From positions 1 through 64,000 of the forward strand of contig BAAIJX010000001.1 in NCBI GenBank assembly GCA_054600435.1: a stretch of 64,000 bases of DNA. Reading direction: 5' to 3'. The DNA comes from Neophaeotheca triangularis. Taxonomy: Eukaryota. This document shows, piece after piece, positions 1 to 11,812 of the stretch (position 1 is its first letter; every line of letters starts with the position of its first letter). The notes below the pieces were generated by a model, which was given only the letters and a program-made list of their open reading frames with translations, did no database searches and was not told the DNA's origin. A program made the position numbers and the translations under genes.

Positions 1-2450
1 TATATAATTAGAACCTATCCTACTAAATAGTATAGACTTATGTATTATTCTTTTTAATTTAAAGTAATTTGAGCATATAACTATTAAGATATAGATTTTT
101 GAATGTTGAATAGTCTAAATTGCTATCTTATACCCCCGTTTGTCTTACGTCCCTATTCCCTATATTAATGTTAGCTCTTCGAGAATATCTAGATCTCTAA
201 TCTTAAAGGATTCGAGAAACAAGTCTCTATAGGATTCTAGTAGAGTCTAAGATATTTTTAGAAGCGAAGTAATATTATTATCACTCTTATAATATAGCTA
301 TATCTATATGTCATTATTTAGTAAGGTATAGGTAGGGAGTTAGCTATACATATAAGTCGAGTTCCGATTAGTAACTTGACATATGTTCTAGGATATATAG
401 CTTTAGGCAAATCTTTTATGATGCTAATAAAGGGATGTACTATTAGATTTAGTCTTTAATAATGTTAGTAGCTACTAGTTCGTTAATAGAACGATGAGGT
501 ATAAACACTAAGAACGGGATGTCGAGCATTAGCTATTATCTACTTCTATAGATTTGTCAAAATGCTACTAAAGCATCTATAGCTTTTCTACTAGTTAATC
601 TAGTTATGTAGACTACCTCTTGACTATCTCTCGGAGGTGTCTCGAATCTATTTCTTTAATTTTACTAACTTCCTTAATAGTATTATACCGTTCTTTTATC
701 CTCTTATTAAGATTAGTAAGCTACTTATATAACTATACTATATTGTCCTACTCTAGTTATAAGTTATACTTTTTAGTTTATAGGAGCTAGGTAGTCTTAT
801 AATGCTTATTATAGAGTCTTTTTACATTAGACTTATTTACTTAAGCCTCCGATAATAGCTTGAAGAACTTAGACTAGTCATTATTCGAGATTCCTAGAGA
901 GTTATGAAGGTACTATCTATATACTAGGCTTCTCTTTTACTCGGTTTTTTAATCGTATCTACGAATATCTAAGTAAAGCCTATTCCTCTCCTCGTTCAAA
1001 ATAGCAACTACCGAAGCCTTTACTTTCTTATATGTACGACCATGTCTATTACTACCTAATCTTTTCTACACTTGTTTTACTATAGTAGCTAAAGTAGAAG
1101 CGCCTACTTAGCGTAATATATCTTAAATACGATCTAGAGGCTTTTTGCCATAGTGATAACCTATAGTAGGTCCTATATATATCTTAGTTTTCGAGTACAG
1201 CTTAGTACTCTTAAAGCTATAGTCGCGCCTAATGAAACGACTAGAACTAGTCATCTCTTTCTACAGTAGAATCCTATATACTTTACCTTATCTAGTTCGT
1301 ATTATGTAGATATCTAAAACATAAACAAAAGGTATTAATAAAGGAGGTTTTATATGTAGCTACTAGATGCCTAATTAAAAGAGGTTATATAGCTAATATT
1401 AACTCTAGTACTAATAATAGGTAAAACCAAAATACTTCCCTTAATAGGCGAGGCTAGGGAACATGTTAGTAAGATATAGAATCTAGCCTAGTAGATAGTA
1501 GTAAGATAATTAAGCTAACAACTATATAAGTATAGACGATCTATGATTAAGGCGCTAAAAGTATAAGCTAAAGGTCTCTATCTTAAAGTTATACTCGTTT
1601 CTCCCTCCTATCTTCTAACCCTACCTTGTCCTGTTCTATATTTGTTAGTCCTTCCTAACAAATCCTCCGGATCTTATATATAGTTATTAGTTCGAACATA
1701 GTGCTCTTATAATATAAGGTCGTAAACATCACGTCTTACTAGTTTCCCGTTCGACGACTAGGGAGAGTAGAGGATAACGTCTAGTCGTTATCGTCTTTAT
1801 AAGTAACAGACGAGACGGGATTCATGTTATACATCAAAATATACTAAAATATCTAGAATCGTCTCTATTAGGCTAAAACAAATGTACGAGAGATAGTAGA
1901 AAGCATGTAAGCTTTATATACTAAATCCTACCTATAATCGGATTTAAGAACAAAAGTATTTAAACAAAATATAAGAGAGAAAGTAGAAAAAATGTAAGCT
2001 CTATTTACTAAATCCTACCTAAAATTAGTTTAAATATTAAGGGATACTATAAGGAGAGCCTATATAAGGAATATAGAGGAGCTAGATAACGAAGTCAGCT
2101 AATACTAATACGATAAAGCTCTAGTATAGTACCTCCTAGCTAAAAGCTTAGTTAACTTAAAGACTAATCGCTAGTTTACATAACTATACTAGCCTAAATA
2201 GCTGACATAGAAGCTAAGTACTTAGGCTACCTCCTCTATAGTAATCCTTACGGAAGTTTATTAATATCGGCCGGGCTATAGGAATATTCTCTAGATCATC
2301 ACGTTAGGTACACGTACCTAGTATCACGATCCCTATAGACAACACTCTACATAACATGCTTAATAACTAAGTATTGAAGACCCTATATAACATATTCCTA
2401 GACTAGGTTAAGAGAATATTCCTAAATAAAGACTTTAACGCTTTGTCAAA
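1..2450. mobile_element. RIP-degraded repeat/transposon relic (class not identifiable)
   Basis: Very AT-rich, saturated with TpA/TAG/CTA and visibly depleted of CpA/TpG. The ORF track shows no ORF before 2630. Composition shifts to GC-balanced near 2450-2650. Confidence 0.8.
1875..2033. repeat. Imperfect direct repeat, two copies, 87-bp period
   Basis: ATGTAAGCTTTATATACTAAATCCTACCTA at 1905 vs ATGTAAGCTCTATTTACTAAATCCTACCTA at 1992; the flanks also align. Confidence 0.85.
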
Positions 2451-4011
2451 CATAGTCAATTTACGTAAGAAGCTAGTTGAGCGCTTAGAGAACGTCGAGT
2501 CAGATTATAAATGAGGACGTTTTTGAAACGAGATAGGACAAATAATTCTGGAGACGAGGATTCAAGTTCAAGAGGTAGTAGCAGTTGAGGTACGCGTTGT
2601 GGATAAGAGATTACCCACTCGCTTGTCAACTACTTCACAAGTATAGCCGACGTAGATTGCATGCGAAGAAGGTATGTAAAGTGACGAGGGAAAGCGGATG
2701 TAGAGTTATAGTTTGTCCAAGAGCACGAAAGTAGTAATACTATGATCGCACTGTTATCTACGACCAAACAAGGCGCAAAAAGTAATACAGTACAAGTTGT
2801 ACCGACTGCACACGATGGTAGAGAATAAAATGTCCGACAACACAACAAAAGTCTCCGGAAACAGACAAGTCCGTGAATATAAGACGGCACTTGCTTGAAG
2901 ACCTCGTCCGGTCTTGTTTCTTCTCTCATCTCGTCGGACACGAATGGAGGACAGCTAGGTTGCCATCTCCTTTGCTGCATCGAGTGTGAAGGCATGGTAG
3001 CGATCAGGTAGAAAGACGCAAAGAAGATAGGGGGGGGGAGCGAGAAAGTAAGATCTGTGGGCAACGAAACCACACTCATGTAGAGATCTAAAAAATTTAT
3101 TGCAGCCTCAAACCGACCTCCGCAACGTGCCGGTGCCTTCGAGGTCAAAAGTTGAGAGAGTAACATATCTACTGTGCTTTCTTGCTGTCCCTACACCAGC
3201 AGTCAACAAGTCAACTCCTTCCTGCTTCCACGGCTAGTAGGCTGCAATATTCTGAAGGACAAGCTGCACAATGCTCAGAGCTCGCTTATGCAGCTTCACC
3301 CACGGCTGGCTGCAACTGCAGATATCGGTATCACGAGAGAGGTTCGAGACCCCAGCGTCCGCAAGACATCTCACGCTACAGGTATCAGGTGGAAGAACGT
3401 GTGAGTAAGATAACTTTCCCCTCTTTCGTCGCCTTCGCTTTGTCGAGCTTGTTGTCCCGACCTGTGAAGCTCAGCGGATGAGGCCAAGGAGTAGAAGCAT
3501 GATCTTGATGCCCGATAGCTTACCGTGCGTGGAACATGGTGTTAACAAGCATACAAAACAACCGCCCGCATCACTCCCACACAGCTAGTGCCGCAGTCCA
3601 ATTTCTAAGATCAAGTAGACTCTAAGCGGGTCGACTTCTGCTTCGCACTAGATACGGCTAAAGAAATTGGACAGCGACTCTTCCAAGCGGGCGTGTAGTC
3701 GCTCAACCACACTGATTACCCAGGCATCCTCCGGAATCCTATCGCCATTAGCAGCACAGTCACTGCATGGGCCGGGCATGCGGCTGGACGACGACGTACT
3801 CTCGAGGACAAGCAGTTTGCAAGGCGTGTGGGACAGTGCAGGATCGCTCAGCGCGTGCATGCGGGAGCATTGAATCGCGCGCGCAGCCAACGCGGGGATG
3901 AGCGATTCCGTGGAGCCATCTGATTGATTCGTCATAGCCATCACCAGCCAGAGTGCGGAATCAAGGGGATTGTATGACCATTATTATCTCACCGCTGCCT
4001 CATGTATCGTG

Positions 4012-4119
4012 TCAGCTCCTGCGGACGATGAAGCTCATGCGAGACAAGAAGCTCATGCTATGCAAGAAGTGCATGCGATACATCAAGCTCCTGCGATGCA
4101 AGAAGCTGACTCGATGGTC
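4012..4119 (+). repeat. 18-bp minisatellite, about 6 copies (encodes EAHAMQ-like units)
   Basis: GAAGCTCATGCGAGACAA / GAAGCTCATGCTATGCAA / GAAGTGCATGCGATACAT / CAAGCTCCTGCGATGCAA start at 4030, 4048, 4066 and 4084, with degenerate copies at 4012 and 4102. Confidence 0.9.
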
Positions 4120-4406
4120 AAAGGTCATGCGCCGGGGAAACAGTGCACAACTTGACACTATCTAGAGGAGCCAACTGCTTCAAGCTGGACAGGTTGGAGT
4201 AGCTGCAAAGCAGCAAGTTCCCCAGCGTATCTTCCGGGAGGGCCGGCGATTCGAGACACCGTCCCACCAAGCAGCACACCCATCCATAGTCACCTGTTAC
4301 TAGTACAGCTGCGGTGCCTGCACGTTGAGGATGATACAAAAGCTGTGCGTCCGTGGCGTTGTGACAGCACATCGTGCACCTCGGACCCGCATATCTCGCG
4401 ATCCGC

Positions 4407-5381
4407 ATGAAGTCTTTCACGACTACCCAACAAAAACCAGAAGATCGCGTGAGACTGGGCATTCGCGACTTAGAGCCAAGAGATAAGGACATGCTACTTT
4501 ATAGTACCAAGCATGGAGAACCTGTCAATATGATATTCGCTTACAACAGTGGATGCGCAGAACGCACACTCACGGTTCGATTGATTGCTCTTGACCCAAT
4601 ATTTGTGTCAGACATGATGGCTACCTTGGACCCGTCGAAACCGCTATTGGTAACCACCGAGGTCGAGGCAATCCAGTGTCTACGAGAGCGCGGCTACATT
4701 GTTGCTGTCCCTTGTGCCTGCCAGAGATACAACGGAAGCACCACGCCCGCGACCGCCGAAGCTCTACACATATCATCTTATCAGCCAGCATACAGCGTCC
4801 CCGGAGAGGTGAACAAGTTGGCCACTTCGCATCACAAGCAGTCACGTGGTGAGAATTGGGCTGATGCATAAGCGCCGAGCCACCCAACCACGCCGATTCG
4901 TGGACGCCATGATGTGACCGTCCAGACATGCGATCCGATTGATGAGCTCGAAGTCGGGCATAGTGACGACGACGACGACATTTCCTACTCTCACGAAGGA
5001 GTCTCCTTGTCAGCCGAACATATTCTCAACCAAGAAGGCTTCGCCACAAGCGAATTCTCCATCCATGAAACGGTCTCTCCTTCCGCATCCACCTCTGACC
5101 CTATCGTTATACACGCACTCGTCAATCACTACAATCGAGCCAAGGCCAAACAGGAGCGGAAAGATGTTTTGGAAGAGTTCCATTGCATGGGTCTCGCTGC
5201 CGAAGCTAAATCTCGCTTCCTAGCAGGGGTTCTTGATGGGGGGCCCGCCGCGGCCGTCCTCGCTGACCGGTTTCGCAAGACGAAGGACAAGGAGGAGCGA
5301 AAGGCGATCCGGAAGGAGGTTCGACGTCTCAATATCGGCGCCATCTTTGAGTTTGCACTCGTGCCTGGGAAAAAACATTGA
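4407..5381 (+). pseudogene. Hypothetical protein gene interrupted by one in-frame TAA (4869-4871)
   Basis: ORFs 4374-4871 and 4914-5381 are in the same frame and the 42 nt between them are open. The C-terminus has two similar helical units (NRAKAKQERKDV / RKTKDKEERKAI). Confidence 0.5.
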
Positions 5382-6063
5382 CTCGCAGCTCTTCCCAAAA
5401 GGTTGTCTGTCCGTAAGCAAAACATGATCTCTCAAGAAGGGCTTGAATTTCCGTCATAATCCGGTGCCGAGATGGGAATGCAAGGTATGCAGGGTAGAGC
5501 GAGGGTACGGTGTTCTGTCCTCCGTGAACTATATCATCCCATCTATCAGCAAGACGATCATCGACGGTCCTGATGCAAAGGGCCAGGAACCCGAAGTCAT
5601 CACGCCTACCGTTCTTTTTCTCTTCGTCCATGAATGACCTGATCGGGGCAATGTCGAGGACCGGACGACCCTCAGCAACGTCACGGATCGCGCCCGCTTC
5701 GGATTTCGCTGCCTCCGCGATTGAAGCTTCCCTCTCTGCACTCTGTGCGGGGGAAACATCGAATACTTCTGGGAAACACAGGTTTGCCTTGAGACTTGAT
5801 TCGAAAGCCTGACGCTCAGGAAGGAGTGTGGCTATGCTGCAGATGCTGTCTTCGCTATGCTGTTGCAGGAGGGCTTTTATTTCGGCGTTATCTTTGTATT
5901 TCTGAGTACGATCTCGAACCTTCTTCTGATTTCGGAGGTGAGCATCGGGTCCTAGGAAAACGCCTCTCAAAGCCACGTAGACGAGTCGTTCATCTGGTTT
6001 GTTCAAGCTTGCTTTTGTGTCCTTTGGAATTTCGTTGCCAGGCATAATGTTGAATGTGATCAC
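5382..6063 (-). pseudogene. Fragment of a conserved-looking fungal hypothetical protein, probably 3'-truncated
   Basis: 244-aa ORF with a protein-like core (PSLYPAYLAFPSRHRIMTEIQALLERSCFAYG). It runs straight into the 3' end of the opposite-strand ORF. Confidence 0.45.
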
Positions 6064-6075
6064 TCCTCGATCAGC

Positions 6076-6943
6076 TCAACGGTTCTCGTATGGTTTCGTG
6101 TGAGTGAGGGTTACGAAAGACAACTTGCGAGTCCGAACAACCGTTTTAATGTGCATGGACTCCGCCTCATGAGCGCGGACAGCGGGCGCCTCTGATACTA
6201 CAGCATCTAAGCCATCGAAAGAAGCTTCTTCTTGGTTTCCTGGCGCGGGTTCTAGACCCTCGTTCTGCTGGATGTTCACGTGCAGTGCGTCGCTGTCGTT
6301 TGAAGGTGTTCTGCCGTTGCTCGAGATTTGTTCGTCTGATTGCTGTATTATATTTGAATGCGGCAGCGCACCTCCATTCTCGAGATAGAGTCTGCACAAA
6401 AGGCTGCTGCGACTCAGAACATCCAGTTTCGATGGCAAAAGTTGACGGTGAGTTTTGCGGGCATCAGATTCCTCGGCGATACTGTCTATGTCTGCCTGAG
6501 GCATCTCGAGAATCTCAGGTGAGTCGAGTAATTTTGGAAGATGCAGGAAGATTACGGGTTCAATGACATGTGCCGCAACTTCGTCAATCAGTCGCTTAAG
6601 AGCCACCTGGTAGAAGCCAGAAGAATTCACATATGCGAGCTGGGATTCTTACCTTGTAGTACGCCTTAGCATAGTCTGCCAGGTCTTGAGCTGCCAGATC
6701 ATCCATGCCAGGTTGATGTTCTCCGACTACGGCAGACACCAATGAGTCCACATTATGCAGCTCGATACTGCCGTGCTGGTTTAAGATCTTCCGGCAATCA
6801 GCGAAGGCTTCTTCGCGGCGGCGCCGCATCCTCACGGCTTGTACGTTCTCGGTGAGGTAGTGGTTGTAGGTTATGGGCTGTCGCTGGTACTCATGCATGT
6901 ATGTGTCGAGACGTTCCATAAGAACAGAACGCATGTCTTCCAA
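6076..6943 (-). pseudogene. C-terminal fragment (stalk/GED) of a fungal dynamin-like GTPase; intron 6607-6652
   Basis: PITYNHYLTENVQ and AYYK|VALKRLIDEVAAHVIE motifs are joined by a GTAAGA...CAG intron. No GTPase domain lies upstream. Confidence 0.8.
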
Positions 6944-6944
6944 C

Positions 6945-7169
6945 GTGGAGAGCATCGCGGTCGGCGATGTTAATGATGGCGACATGCGCGAGCTTCACTC
7001 GATTGTGACTCAGGTCGAAGTCGATAACGACACAATGGACTGGAATTGTCAGGACTATGTGTTGGAAGCTCTAGAGGCGCTTACTGAGGAATGCGTGCTC
7101 GACGAAGACGATGAAGACTATGAGAAAGGGATCAGAAAGGCCAAAGGAAAGTATTACGGTCCACAATGA
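6945..7169 (+). pseudogene. C-terminal fragment of a DUF6540-like small protein
   Basis: WNCQDYVLEALEAL motif. The N-terminal part is replaced by the antisense of the dynamin fragment. Confidence 0.6.
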
Positions 7170-7180
7170 AGCTCGTCACG

Positions 7181-7697
7181 TCAAGCGACGTAGGAGTCCC
7201 ACACCAGATCTGCATGCCAGCTGTCAAGGTGGTTCCTGGGAGAGATGCACTCCGGAAGAAACAAATACCAATCGTCGTTTCCAATAGCGGACAGATTGTT
7301 CAGTGCCTTAACGCATTCACGGTCTTCTGGGTAGAATCCACTCATCTCCCAATCTATCAAGCCAGTCACTTGGATACGTCCACTCTCTTCATATTGAACC
7401 ATGACATTGGCCGGGCGCAAGTCGCCATGAATGACCACGATCTTTTGTTCTCGGTGGGGGGAAGGTTTGATCGCGAAGAAATTTGCCGTAGACCGTCTCC
7501 TTGTTGCGAGCACAACCATACATAAACTCTCCAGACCTTCGCATGTGTATATCGGAGTAGTTGCTGTGCGAATGTGTCTGCGAGTGTCCTTACAGCCCTG
7601 GCCAGCCACGCCTCCAAGCGCGCTCCCATGTTCGAAGGGGATGTTGTGTAGTTCCACCAGCAATTTGTCCAGGTCACGACTGACAAATTTTTTCCCT
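7181..7697 (-). pseudogene. 5'-truncated APH/choline-kinase-like phosphotransferase with apparent compensating frameshifts
   Basis: HGDLRPANVMV (Brenner motif), GLIDWEMSGFYP and GGVAGQGCKDTRR are present. The N-lobe is absent. An alternative frame over ~7460-7530 reads EFMYGCARNKETVYGKFLRDQTFP. Confidence 0.75.
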
Positions 7698-7705
7698 GAG
7701 TCCGG

Positions 7706-8788
7706 GTGTACGGCAATCGCTGCACCAACGTCGAAGCCGTCCGCAAGCACCTCGACGCTGGCGCTCTCGTGAAGCTGGTGGCCAGGTGGGAAGCGAGGGT
7801 TGCTGTTGAGGCGAAAAAGCCCAAAAAGTTCTTTTCCGCCGAGCATCCAGAGTACGAACTTGTCCTCATGGGTGCTTGCGCAATGTCAACCGGTTGCATT
7901 CTCCCGGGCAACCTCGTCGACTTCCTCAAAGCTCACTACGAGCACGCCGGGTTGATGCGTGATGGAATCAAGCAGATGAAGAAGGCATTGTTCGGTGCCG
8001 ACCGTTACTTCCCAGGAACGCCCTACGAGTTCGGCTCCAAAGATCTTTTCGATACCACCAAGGCTGGGGGAGCGCCGATGAAGGATCGTCTTACGCCAAA
8101 CATTCCAGGCATGATCAACGTTCAAGCTCCACTTCAACCATTGCTTGGCGGATGGGAGGGATTGCCCCCGAATGTGCGCAAGGTTCGGGAGCAGGCGCGA
8201 AACGGCAAACTTCCTAGCAAGGCTGAGCTCGAAGAACTTACGAAAGAGTTCCGAGAGGGTCTCTGCGGGTGGTGCGGCCGCTCAGAGTCGGTCGACGGCA
8301 AGGCTTTACTGCGGTGCGGTGGCTGCAAGAAGTCGAAGTACTGCAACAAGGACTGTCTGAAGGCGCACTGGCCGAAGCACAAGAAGACGTGTGGGTTCAA
8401 GTCGTCGAAGAAGTCCACGATGTTCTGGTCTGGCGGCTACGAGGACGTGATGAAAGATATGATGAGCTTCGAGCCAGGCAAGAGCAACGGAGCTCCAGAC
8501 TCTACCGCCAACGTTGAAAAGGTGGAGATTGACGACCTGCTGGGCGACCTGACCGTGTAGGATATGGGCCCCAGTGAAGCCGCCTGGAAGAGACCGGAAA
8601 GCAAGAAGGAGAGAATGGCAAGGCTGCGTAAGGCTTTCGGCAAGGACAAGGGGGTGGAGAGGCCTCAGCGGCAGTACGGATCAGTCAAAGACATTGAGCA
8701 GGATTTTGTTTCATTGATCATGCGGGACCTTTGCAAGTGACTGTCCGATGACAAGGGCGTGGCTCTCCTGCTGTCCGAGGGGCAATAG
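7706..8788 (+). pseudogene. MYND zinc-finger protein, apparently 5'-truncated, with premature stops
   Basis: CGWC...LLRCGGCKKSKYCNKDCLKAHWPKHKKTC is a MYND finger. The ORF starts at GTG at the APH junction. The frame stays coding-like past TAG 8558-8560 and TGA 8738-8740 to TAG 8786-8788. Confidence 0.7.
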
Positions 8789-8951
8789 CTTGAGCAGATT
8801 ACTCGTTCGCGTCCATGGTTGGGTGATAACATCAGAACCCAGATAGCCTTGAACAGTGAGCAATACCATGAACAAAAGTTACAAGTCTCATATACTCACA
8901 GGTGTCCCAGTCATCAGCGCTCGCAGCAGTCTACAAGCACCAACACTACTA

Positions 8952-10811
8952 TCAATCCCCCTTCCTCCGCGCACTACTCCGGCTCCTCCCTCCACTGCCC
9001 GAACCATACCCTCCTCTCTTTCCCGGCACAAAGTCTTCGGGCAAATCATTCCAATTCCCCGAAACCCTCCCTGATCCGCCCTCTCTCGCACCCATCGAAG
9101 CCTGCCTCCCGGGCCACCCTTCCCCTTCCTCTTCCTCGCTACTCTCATACTCAGCACTTCCCCCACTCCTCCGACGTTCCAGCGGCAATAGCTGCAATTC
9201 CCGCGCTCCATCCACCCCACCGTGCTGTAATTGCTGCTGCTGCTGAAGCCTCCTCACCGGGCTACCCCTCCCGCTCTCCATGCCACTACTCGACATCTTC
9301 GGGGGCAACGGCCTACCCCTGGCACGGTCCACAAACCCCACCCCGGGCGTCCACTTCAAGTCCCTCTTCCCACTCCCCTGCAAACTTCTCGCTTCCGCTG
9401 GCGGTCCAGCCTCTCCCCACCTCGCGGCCTCCCTCGTACTCGCCTCACGTGACCGAGCAATCTCATCACGCGCTTGCTGCCAAGTGGTGCTGACTTCCCA
9501 TTTCCAGCCATCGCCGGTGGTGTTGCAGATGGGGAGCCACCAGAAGAGAGGCCGTGGGCCGAAGAGGTGGAGCAGGTTGCGTTTCCAGCCTAGGTCGAAC
9601 GCGTTGGGGAGTTTGGCACTGTCTTGTTCGTCTAGATAGGCGTAGTAGCGGTCGTGTTCGCGTTGGGTTTCGAGCGAGGCGTAGGTGGTGCGGAGGTGGG
9701 ATTCGGCGGGGCTGGAGTTGGGGGAGGAGGTCGCTTCGGGGTGGGAATGGGGATGGGAGTTTTGAGGTGCTGGTGGGGGTGCTGGTGAGGGAGTAGAGGT
9801 CGACGAGGGGTATTGAGAGGTTTCTCCTTCTTCTGGGCGGAAGACGCCGGGGACGGCGTTGGCATGGATTTCCTTCAGTTGGTCACCGAGGCTTTGCTCG
9901 TTAGGCTGTCCGCCGCCCACGTGAGAGGAGGGGGTTAGGTATGTGCGGGCGGGGTCTTGGAAGTTCTGTTGCATGGTTTGTTTTAGTGGGCTGATGTAGC
10001 GGTTTTTCTCTAAGCTTTCGATGGTGGTTTGGCCTGTTGTGGCAAGGTAGAGGTGCCAGCCGGTGAAGCCGCCGAGTACCAGTCCTATTACTCCGCTTAT
10101 CACTGCTAGTACTATCGTGTTCACCACCATTAGTCCGTCTTTCATCTGTCGGTCGTCAAGGATTGCCGCCCAGACCCAGCGTGCGGAGACGCCGAAATCA
10201 ACCCAGCAAAAGAGCGTTGTGTAAACGAGGAAGAGTACAAACGCTTTGTAATTGCGCAAGCCGACACACGTTGCCAGCCAGGGGCAGTGATGGTCCATCT
10301 TCAGGACGCAAGTCCCGCAAGTGCTGCAGTGGTGCGTACGGTCTGGTTTTACGGACTGACACTTCTTACAGTACCGCTGCTTCCCTGTGCTCTTGGCCAT
10401 GACAGTGCTCATTCCATTTACGATACTCGCCTCCCGCGGCTCTTCATCTTCGTACGTAGGTAAACTGGCATAACCGTCCCCTTTGCTGCGACCCAGACTC
10501 GAGCCATCACGCCGAGCATCAAGCGGGGACCCGGCGCTCGTGAAGACCGCGATAGTGTAGCTTGTATTTCCCAGCAAGTAGAGCAGGACCCCAAGGGCCG
10601 CTTTGAAGTAGTTCCACAATCCAGAGCCGTCTAAGAAGGATACATTGACTTCCACCCAGACTGCCCATGTTGTCAAGCTGTAGACGAAGCAGAGAGGAAT
10701 CATGGAGAGGGTCGAGCAGCAGACTCTTTCGATTCTGCGGCCCCAGCTTTTGCGACGGCGGTGGAAAGGTGGAGGCGCGGAGGTTGAGGAAGAAGGGGCG
10801 AGAGTTGCCAT
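8952..10811 (-). CDS. PFA3: DHHC palmitoyltransferase Pfa3 (possible upstream ATG at 10835)
   Basis: [40 protein letters not shown], four hydrophobic segments, TTIE and NAFDLGW motifs; single exon. Confidence 0.9.
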   Translation of the reverse strand: MATLAPSSSTSAPPPFHRRRKSWGRRIERVCCSTLSMIPLCFVYSLTTWAVWVEVNVSFLDGSGLWNYFKAALGVLLYLLGNTSYTIAVFTSAGSPLDARRDGSSLGRSKGDGYASLPTYEDEEPREASIVNGMSTVMAKSTGKQRYCKKCQSVKPDRTHHCSTCGTCVLKMDHHCPWLATCVGLRNYKAFVLFLVYTTLFCWVDFGVSARWVWAAILDDRQMKDGLMVVNTIVLAVISGVIGLVLGGFTGWHLYLATTGQTTIESLEKNRYISPLKQTMQQNFQDPARTYLTPSSHVGGGQPNEQSLGDQLKEIHANAVPGVFRPEEGETSQYPSSTSTPSPAPPPAPQNSHPHSHPEATSSPNSSPAESHLRTTYASLETQREHDRYYAYLDEQDSAKLPNAFDLGWKRNLLHLFGPRPLFWWLPICNTTGDGWKWEVSTTWQQARDEIARSREASTREAARWGEAGPPAEARSLQGSGKRDLKWTPGVGFVDRARGRPLPPKMSSSGMESGRGSPVRRLQQQQQLQHGGVDGARELQLLPLERRRSGGSAEYESSEEEEGEGWPGRQASMGAREGGSGRVSGNWNDLPEDFVPGKRGGYGSGSGGRSRSSARRKGD

Positions 10812-11308
10812 GCCGTCAAAGGAGGTAGGTGGCATTTGTTGCTGAAGTCGAAGTCGGGGGTTATGGTGGCATTGTCGTGGTGTTCGAGGGTAGGAATCCG
10901 GGTTTGTAAGGATGTCACGGGATTTTTCTCCTCCTTTTCCAGATCCTTTATCAGTCCCTGTATGGATCGGACCACACCACTCTCAAGGTAGTGCCTTAGC
11001 AATATTATTCACAATTACACTGATGAGGACTTTCTAAAGCGCCTCTCGTGAAGTCAGAAGCCGACGCGTTAGACTTTGGGCCTGAAGACGCCAGAGGCGC
11101 AGTCGTCGAGATTACCTTGCGCAATCAGCCAATCACAGCGACTTGCGACCAACGACATCGAATATTCCAAGGGATCTTATAGAGACAACGACATACAAGT
11201 CAAGGCCAGAACGTCGCGATATCCCATTAAATACCCTTGGAAAAGAACTCAAAACGTTCAAAGCCACGCGTTAGCCCATACAGCTGGCTCGACTCACCAC
11301 AAACGACC

Positions 11309-11812
11309 ATGTCCTCCACCCCTTCCCAATCAAGCCTCAGCGCCCAAATCAACGAGCTCTCCCTCTCATCAGCAGAAGCGGCAAAGGTACGCACCGCACG
11401 CCAGCAGTGCAACAAACATCGATACCCAGCAGACACCCCAAGCCATCAAACTGTCCAACCTGCTGAAGAGGAAACGCAAAACTAACAAAAATTGCCCCCT
11501 AACCAGGACGCAAATACCGACCAAGCCCCAGCCGAGCTCGTAGCAGCAGTAGATGATTTGCTCAATCAGTTGAATAGCAATTTCAACCAAGTCAGTGGGG
11601 ATTTGATTGCGAAAAGTGAGTTTCTGTCTTCCCCTCAGCTTTGTCCCTCCTAGCTTGTTCGTTTTTGAGAAGTTCGTATACGTTTTAGACCTTGAGGCTA
11701 ATGTCGTTTGCGTGAAGTGGATGAGATGTCTAGGAGGCTTGACAACCTAGAAGCTACGATTCTGGCTGGGAACGAGGGTGGAGCTGGTGACGGAAGTGGG
11801 GAGGGAAAGTGA
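11309..11812 (+). CDS. Heat shock factor-binding protein 1 (HSBP1)-like; exons 11309-11386, 11507-11615, 11718-11812
   Basis: Absent as a whole from the ORF track. The spliced product reads ...ELVAAVDDLLNQLNSNFNQVSGDLIAKMDEMSRRLDNLEATI. Introns are GTACGC..CTAAC..CAG and GTGAGT..CTAAT..AAG and the phases are consistent. Confidence 0.9.

Noticed and set aside
1..2450. Assigning a TE class (LTR, LINE, DDE) or a Starship captain to the AT-rich block
   Set aside because: Manual translation of several stretches gave no diagnostic RT, integrase, DDE or tyrosine-recombinase motif.
2630..3944. ORFs 2630-3166, 3174-3481 and 3648-3944
   Set aside because: No recognisable domain and mostly non-ATG starts. 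They may be further decayed fragments, but I cannot support a call.
8558..8560. A-to-I editing of premature TAG stops
   Set aside because: That mechanism is documented mainly in Sordariomycetes; here neighbouring truncations and TAA/TGA stops favour simple decay.
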